This document shows positions 54,301-59,623 of a stretch of DNA of 59,623 nucleotides, in pieces (position 1 is the stretch's first letter; the number at the start of each line of letters is the position of its first letter). This stretch comes from Ruditapes philippinarum (Eukaryota): positions 1-59,623 of the forward strand of contig NW_026862901.1 of the NCBI RefSeq assembly GCF_026571515.1, read 5' to 3'. Position numbers and translations under genes: made by a program. The notes beneath the pieces are model-generated. The model worked only from the letters and a program-made list of their open reading frames with translations. It was not told where the DNA came from and did no database searches.

Positions 54301-54780
54301 TTTGTTTTGTTTTTTTTCGAATAAAATTTGGCTGTTCAAAGCGCCGTGCACCGTAGCTCGCCTTTACCACTACCATTGATAAACTATCAATAACATTGAG
54401 TCTGCAACATTTTTGATTTTGCCGTGTTGGGTTGAACGACCTTTCATATTCCAAGTTTATCATTTTCATTATCACGAAACGTGGTGGTCGTGTAGGCAGT
54501 ATTCACTCCGGATCACTAGTAAGCCACATTGAATTTACCAGAGCACAGTACAGCCCCCCGCATCGTTCCTGAGCAGGCTGTCAAGCAGTTTACCAGTACT
54601 AGTTCCCAACATTTCCGCGAGTAACTGGAACTTCTGTACATGCCAAAGCAGAAGTACAGTGCCAATAACCGTAGTAAAGGTTTCTAATCAATCGTAGCGA
54701 AAGTGATCTGCACCGTCAGGGAATAGAGCCCGGGTCGCCCGATTCACAGTCCAACGCTCTAGCTATTGAGCTAAATGGAC
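54301..54780 (-). mobile_element. tRNA-derived SINE (His-like anticodon region), diverged
   Basis: Minus-strand head TAGCTCAATAGCTAGAGCGTTGGACTGTGAATCGGGCGACCCGGGCTCTATTCCC and an A-rich tail at ~54301-54317. No clear TSD. Confidence 0.65.
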
Positions 54781-56337
54781 TTCTTTCTACGTAACGTATC
54801 ATAATTATTCCTTTATTTTGGCATTAAAATGTCTTTAAAATCTTGTTACACTAATCTGATATTTTTGGAAATTAATTGAATTAAAAACTAACAACAAAGA
54901 CAACTATGACAAGCTTCAAGTTAATATTTTCTTGTGACATTTCAAAAAACATATAAAACTATTAACCCATAATTGCTTTCTTTAATGAATATATTTTCTA
55001 TATTTGCAAAACGGAGATATAATTTCCAAATAAAAATCACTGTGCAACAAATTCAAAATTTGTTTTGCAAAACAATAAATTACCAATTTTAAGCAATTAT
55101 ATTTCCGTATTAACATTTGCATATTGTGTTACAAAATTGTTGTGGCAATTTGTAATGGTAAGATGCTCAACTTAATAATTTTTTTTTTTAATTGAAAAAG
55201 TGATGTAAAATATTGGCACTTGAGTTTGAATTATTTATAATATGATATAATCTACTGCTTTACTCTATTTTGAAATTATTTAAAAAATGTGTATTGTTAT
55301 CTTAGCGATTTAGTTTTCTAGGATTGAAATTTAACAATTATTGGATATTTGTTTCCATGCTACAACTTTGTCATTTACTAGGTAAAAAAACGTAAAATGA
55401 GTCAGACTAGTAATCATTTTATTTGGATTTTTGAAATGAAAAATATACTGCTATTATTTTATATAAAACTTTTAAAAAATACCTTTGATTAATTCTAATC
55501 ACCTTACAGCATTTCTATATGTCATTGTCATGCAGAAAAAACATAAAGTAGATATTTTACATATCGTAAGTGATCTAGACACCCACAATACTTACACTAT
55601 GAATAACGTTACAAACACATAAGTCTCATTTTGGGAAATTAGGTTTCTGCAAAACTTTCACGTTTGACTTGATATGATGACGATTTATGTTATGGTAATG
55701 CACATAAACGTGAATAAGTGCCCTGTTTATAAATAAAGGTTGATAACACGTGGCGTTCTTTGTACAATATGATATCAGATTATGTAAACTGATATTTGAA
55801 AATAGCGGACATTATACACTTGTTTTTTTTACTGTTTACAGAACTGAGCCAAAGTAATGTTACTATAGTCCGTGTTAAAGACCCTGTATGTTGTGATTGA
55901 TATTGTTACTGTGTGTATACCACACTTGCAAAAAATTATATATGTACATAATTATGCAAATAAAACATCGAAGAATATGTAAAATGTGTACTGCAAACAG
56001 TTGTGCACATTATATTTAATCAATAAATTGTATGCATTCATTTCTTATTGGAAAATTTTGACTTAGAATTTATAGAAAATAAATTTCTAATTACCTCCCT
56101 TTATTTACATGAAATGTTAAATTCGGTAATATCTTTATAAATAATGCTTATTGGAACTTACAATATTGACAAATCTTAATTTGAGCATCATATTTATGAA
56201 ATAAAACCATGAACAAAATGTGTTACAGGATCGTATATAAATAATTTGCCTATATTTGTCTTTTCGTTTTGCTGTTGTGGCCATATGTCGTTTACACATT
56301 ACTGTACTTAAAGAGGATATAGTGCTTTATCTCATCG

Positions 56338-56446
56338 ATTCCGACTTCCCTTTGCGGCGTGCACGTCGCTCGGAAGGCATAGGTCACACCAGATGGGTGA
56401 CCTAGTTAGGTCACTTAGCTGGTGTGACCTAACCAACGGCGAGGGG
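56338..56446 (+). ncRNA. HDV-like self-cleaving ribozyme (predicted)
   Basis: P1 ATTCCGA/TCGGAAG; P2 CCCTTTGCG/CGGCGAGGGG; P3 GCG/CGC; L3 TGCACGT; P1.1 GC/GC; long P4 56380-56431; J4/2 ACCAA. All elements are in canonical nested double-pseudoknot order. Confidence 0.8.
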
Positions 56447-56719
56447 TGTGGCCCTAAAGAGAGCTGCTGCTCCCGGAAGAGGTGCCTTTCCTCTATTGTC
56501 AACCATTGTTCAAGAAGCGAGGAATTGGGTCCTAGAGAAGGTCTACGATGAACGACAGCATGAAAAGACCTCCGTCGCGGCTCTACGACATCGACGACGT
56601 TGCAGGCGAATAAGTCCTCCGTTGCAGGCTCTACGACCAGCAATCGTAATAGAGCCCGACTAGTCTGGGACATATGGGAAACCGGCGCCCAGTATAAATA
56701 AAACCTAAAACAACAAAAA
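56338..56719 (+). mobile_element. Short non-autonomous non-LTR retroelement (382 bp) headed by an HDV-like ribozyme
   Basis: Perfect 11-bp TSD TTATCTCATCG (56327-56337, 56720-56730), A-rich tail, GC-rich body, no tRNA A/B boxes and no RT remnant. Confidence 0.9.
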
Positions 56720-57504
56720 TTATCTCATCGTTTGGTGTCTTTTTGACATTATTGCACTTTAACATGATATACAGTTTTATCTTATCTCTTGTCAGTACGC
56801 CATTTTTCTCTCTCTTTTTTTGCGTAATCTTAGTACAGTCTGCTATATGATATATTGTAATAGATTTGTTAGATAACCTTATATCGACTCCTGTAGTAAA
56901 AGCTATACATTATGCATGACCATTTACAATACGAATGATTTATAACTTTACGCTAAAAGAATCGTACATCATGGTCCGTGTAAATACGATGTTTCCCTAA
57001 TATAACTATTTATAGCTAACCATAAAAATTCTACTGTAAACTATCCTCTGGAAGCTTATGTATATATGATTACGTTAACTTTCTATCTAAAATGATCTCA
57101 ATACTGAGCAGCAAATTGTTGGCATACCTGCACTTAGAAATGTAAGATCAAGTGGCTTTAAATGAAACCACCATTTCTTCAACTGTTGATGTTATTTACT
57201 GTACTCGATACATTTCTAATAATAAGGCTTATATAGAAGGGTTTTACGTTTATATTATAACAAAGTCAAATTAAGTAAAAAGTCGGATATTGTTTTGTCA
57301 GTGGTTTATTTGCATCAGAGTAATTAGTATCGATGCTATATTTTTAAGTACACGAGTCATGTATAAAACAGATGTCTAAGTTTTCCTTATCATCATTTAA
57401 CTTTTTAAATCAACAATTTTTATAAAATAATTGTTGATGTGGTATACATATTCGACTGAAATAAGCATTCATTGACAAGAATTATAATTGCTCTCACGTA
57501 CGTT

Positions 57505-57805
57505 TGGGTCGATAACTTTTGGGTAACATTACGTAACTTATCAATTGCAACTAGTCTACTAATATGACAGACAAACAACCAAACTATCTGTTTTTATTAT
57601 GTTTTGAATAAGTGCTTTTCTCAATACTTGATGTATGCATATTTTCTCAAATTAGGAGGAGGCAGACTGATGCTAGAATAATTCAATTTGTGTCTCTACG
57701 GATGTTTTCAAATGATGAATAATTCAGTACAATCTGCTTAATATAGGAGCTAGAGTTATGGAATCTGTAGGATGCATCAATCAAATGAAAGCAGCTGGTG
57801 ATATC
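57505..57805 (+). repeat. Diverged direct repeat of 51675-51965
   Basis: Same shared blocks as the partner, ~5.8 kb apart. Confidence 0.85.
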
Positions 57806-59025
57806 TTAAGCCAGTACAAGCAATCTTTGTCTCATCTTAGTCATATTTCAGTATTATGTCTTGATACAGATCAATAGTCATACAACACGCCTTTGTCTGA
57901 CATTTTAAATCTATGTTCAAAATTTGAAAATGGACTCAATGTGATCGAGATAAAGTTACTTTAAAGTAAGCTATTGTATGGTATCTGATGAATAATTAAT
58001 TAATTATTCAATTTTGGTCGTAAGTTAACAAGAAAAAAGTATTTTTGAAATATGTTTATAGTGCCAGGCTAGGTGGCAATAGCCTGAAATCATAAGACAC
58101 AGATTTGAGTCTCCAGTAAATCTAAGAAGCAATAGTTTGAACTCATAAGCTACTGTTTTGGGTCTTCAGTAAAGATAATCCTACAAAATCTGTTACAGAA
58201 TCAGTTATACGAGTATGTATTCCCATTTGATTTTACTTTTTCATTTAATATCTTCTATTTTAGGATTCTCGATGAAGCATGAGGAATTTTCTTAACGATT
58301 AAACTGCAACTTGTCTGACGCTTTAATGAATTTCTTGTCTACGTGTCTTTTTCATAATGACTTGTATAGAATTGTTGCCTCTTCAATAAATGAGTATCTG
58401 GAAAATGGTGATCTCTTGGAAGCGTCAAAATCTGCAAAATTACATGAAAATTGCAGACTTGTACACATAGGAACATCCATCGTTCTTTTCAAAGATCTAT
58501 TTGAAGATGTCTGCAATCACAAATATTACAATTGACTTCTCAAGAGCATTATGGATCAGATACAGTCTTGGACGAATTTAAACAAACTGCCAGTTTTCAA
58601 TCACACTTAACTTTCATCTTTGATAGTTTGTCTTACATGTAAAACACAGAAATTGTTTTTTGGATTTTATTTTGACCTATAACGTAACTTAAAAAATTAA
58701 TTTAAAGTCACGTTATATAAATGCGTAAAGAAAACATTGTTTGTAAAATAGTTTTGATTTTAATTAATTTTCATTGAAATGAAATATTGTATATGTTGTA
58801 AAAACATAATGCTTCACTGTTACCGTGTTTTAATTAATCACTCAAAGTCGACAATTTTCTACAGCTATAAATAGCTGTAAGCTGTATAAACAATTAAGAA
58901 TTTGATTTTTGAAATCTTCGTTTACATTAATTAAAGATTGCATTTAGAATGAGAAATTTATAAATCAGAAATTTACTTTTAAACGATCTAAATTAAAATA
59001 ATTTAGCCAAGCCTTAAATAAATAT

Positions 59026-59176
59026 TGTTACGCTACGGTCCAGCTATATGGTACCAGGCCCCTTTAATCCTCTTAAAAATGTGGTAACGTGCTCAAGACT
59101 TGGTGACCAATAATCGTACTGGACTGTAGAGAACGATATTGTATTTACGAACAATGAAACGATCACAAATATAACA
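59026..59176. mobile_element. Possible small TG...CA element (solo LTR or short TIR element)
   Basis: TGTTAC...ATAACA ends, flanks ATAT/ATGT, internal inverted pair CTACGGTCCAG/CTGGACTGTAG. Confidence 0.3.
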
Positions 59177-59623
59177 ATGTTCTATATAAAATAGAAATTG
59201 TTAGGGTTAGAGGGACTGATGATACTAGTTTCGAATGACTGTCAAAGTCTATAGATCCATTTAGCTGAAATATGCTATAATGACGTCTGCCAATAGTGGT
59301 CTACTCTGTATAACTCTGTATGGCTAGGACACTGTACTCCACAGTACTTGATAATACTTCCTTACTTCTGGAGGTATGCCAGTTTAAGATAAAAATTGAG
59401 TCACAAAAAAGAAAGACTGTTCACAGTTTACTAATTTTAATTAGTGGTAAACTGTTAATAAATTAAATTGTCAAATATTCAAATAACAGTATTGTAAATA
59501 ACATCAACTCATGTATATAATTCAGTCTTAATAAATATCCGATAGCTATGTCTTACATAGACTTCACATAAATTATTACCGCGACTGCCGTTTAATTTCT
59601 ATTCAAAAATATGACAACGTAAA

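Noticed and set aside
56565-56640. Second HDV-like motif suggested by GGCGAAT and CCTCCGTCGC
   Set aside because: No P1/P2/P3 topology could be built; it is better explained as a ~21-bp direct repeat (CCTCCGT.GC.GGCTCTACGAC).
56332-56673. ORFs of 113 aa (minus) and 71 aa (plus) in the ribozyme element
   Set aside because: Expected by chance in GC-rich sequence; no RT, endonuclease or other recognisable motif.
901-58535. The many 60-120 aa ORFs in the track outside the transposase
   Set aside because: Composition is typical of AT-rich non-coding DNA. Several overlap MITEs or SINEs or are antisense to the transposase, and paralogous copies differ by frameshifts and stops.

Overview
AT-rich metazoan DNA with spliceosomal introns and no intact host protein-coding gene. 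The repeat types (tRNA-head SINEs with (AAAC)n tails, satellite-bearing Helentron-type elements, palindromic MITEs) suggest a bivalve mollusc; this is an inference. The only recognisable protein gene is a 5-exon pogo-type DD35D transposase (HTH_psq, CENP-B-type HTH, DDE_1, C-terminal PHD finger). It sits inside a complete TA-flanked 4.8-kb element (7354-12134) and carries two frameshifts in slippage-prone tracts. Most of the rest is a repeatedly re-duplicated non-coding locus: a head-to-tail 10.1/12.9-kb tandem duplication (14151-37147) plus older paralogous blocks, with a ~110-nt motif recurring eight times on the same strand. The most striking item is a 382-bp TSD-flanked short retroelement (56338-56719) with no tRNA head, whose first 109 nt fold as an HDV-like self-cleaving ribozyme with the predicted cut exactly at the element's 5' boundary. 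A second SINE-like family (two copies) carries a degenerate P4-less HDV-like core. All alignments and folds were done by eye.
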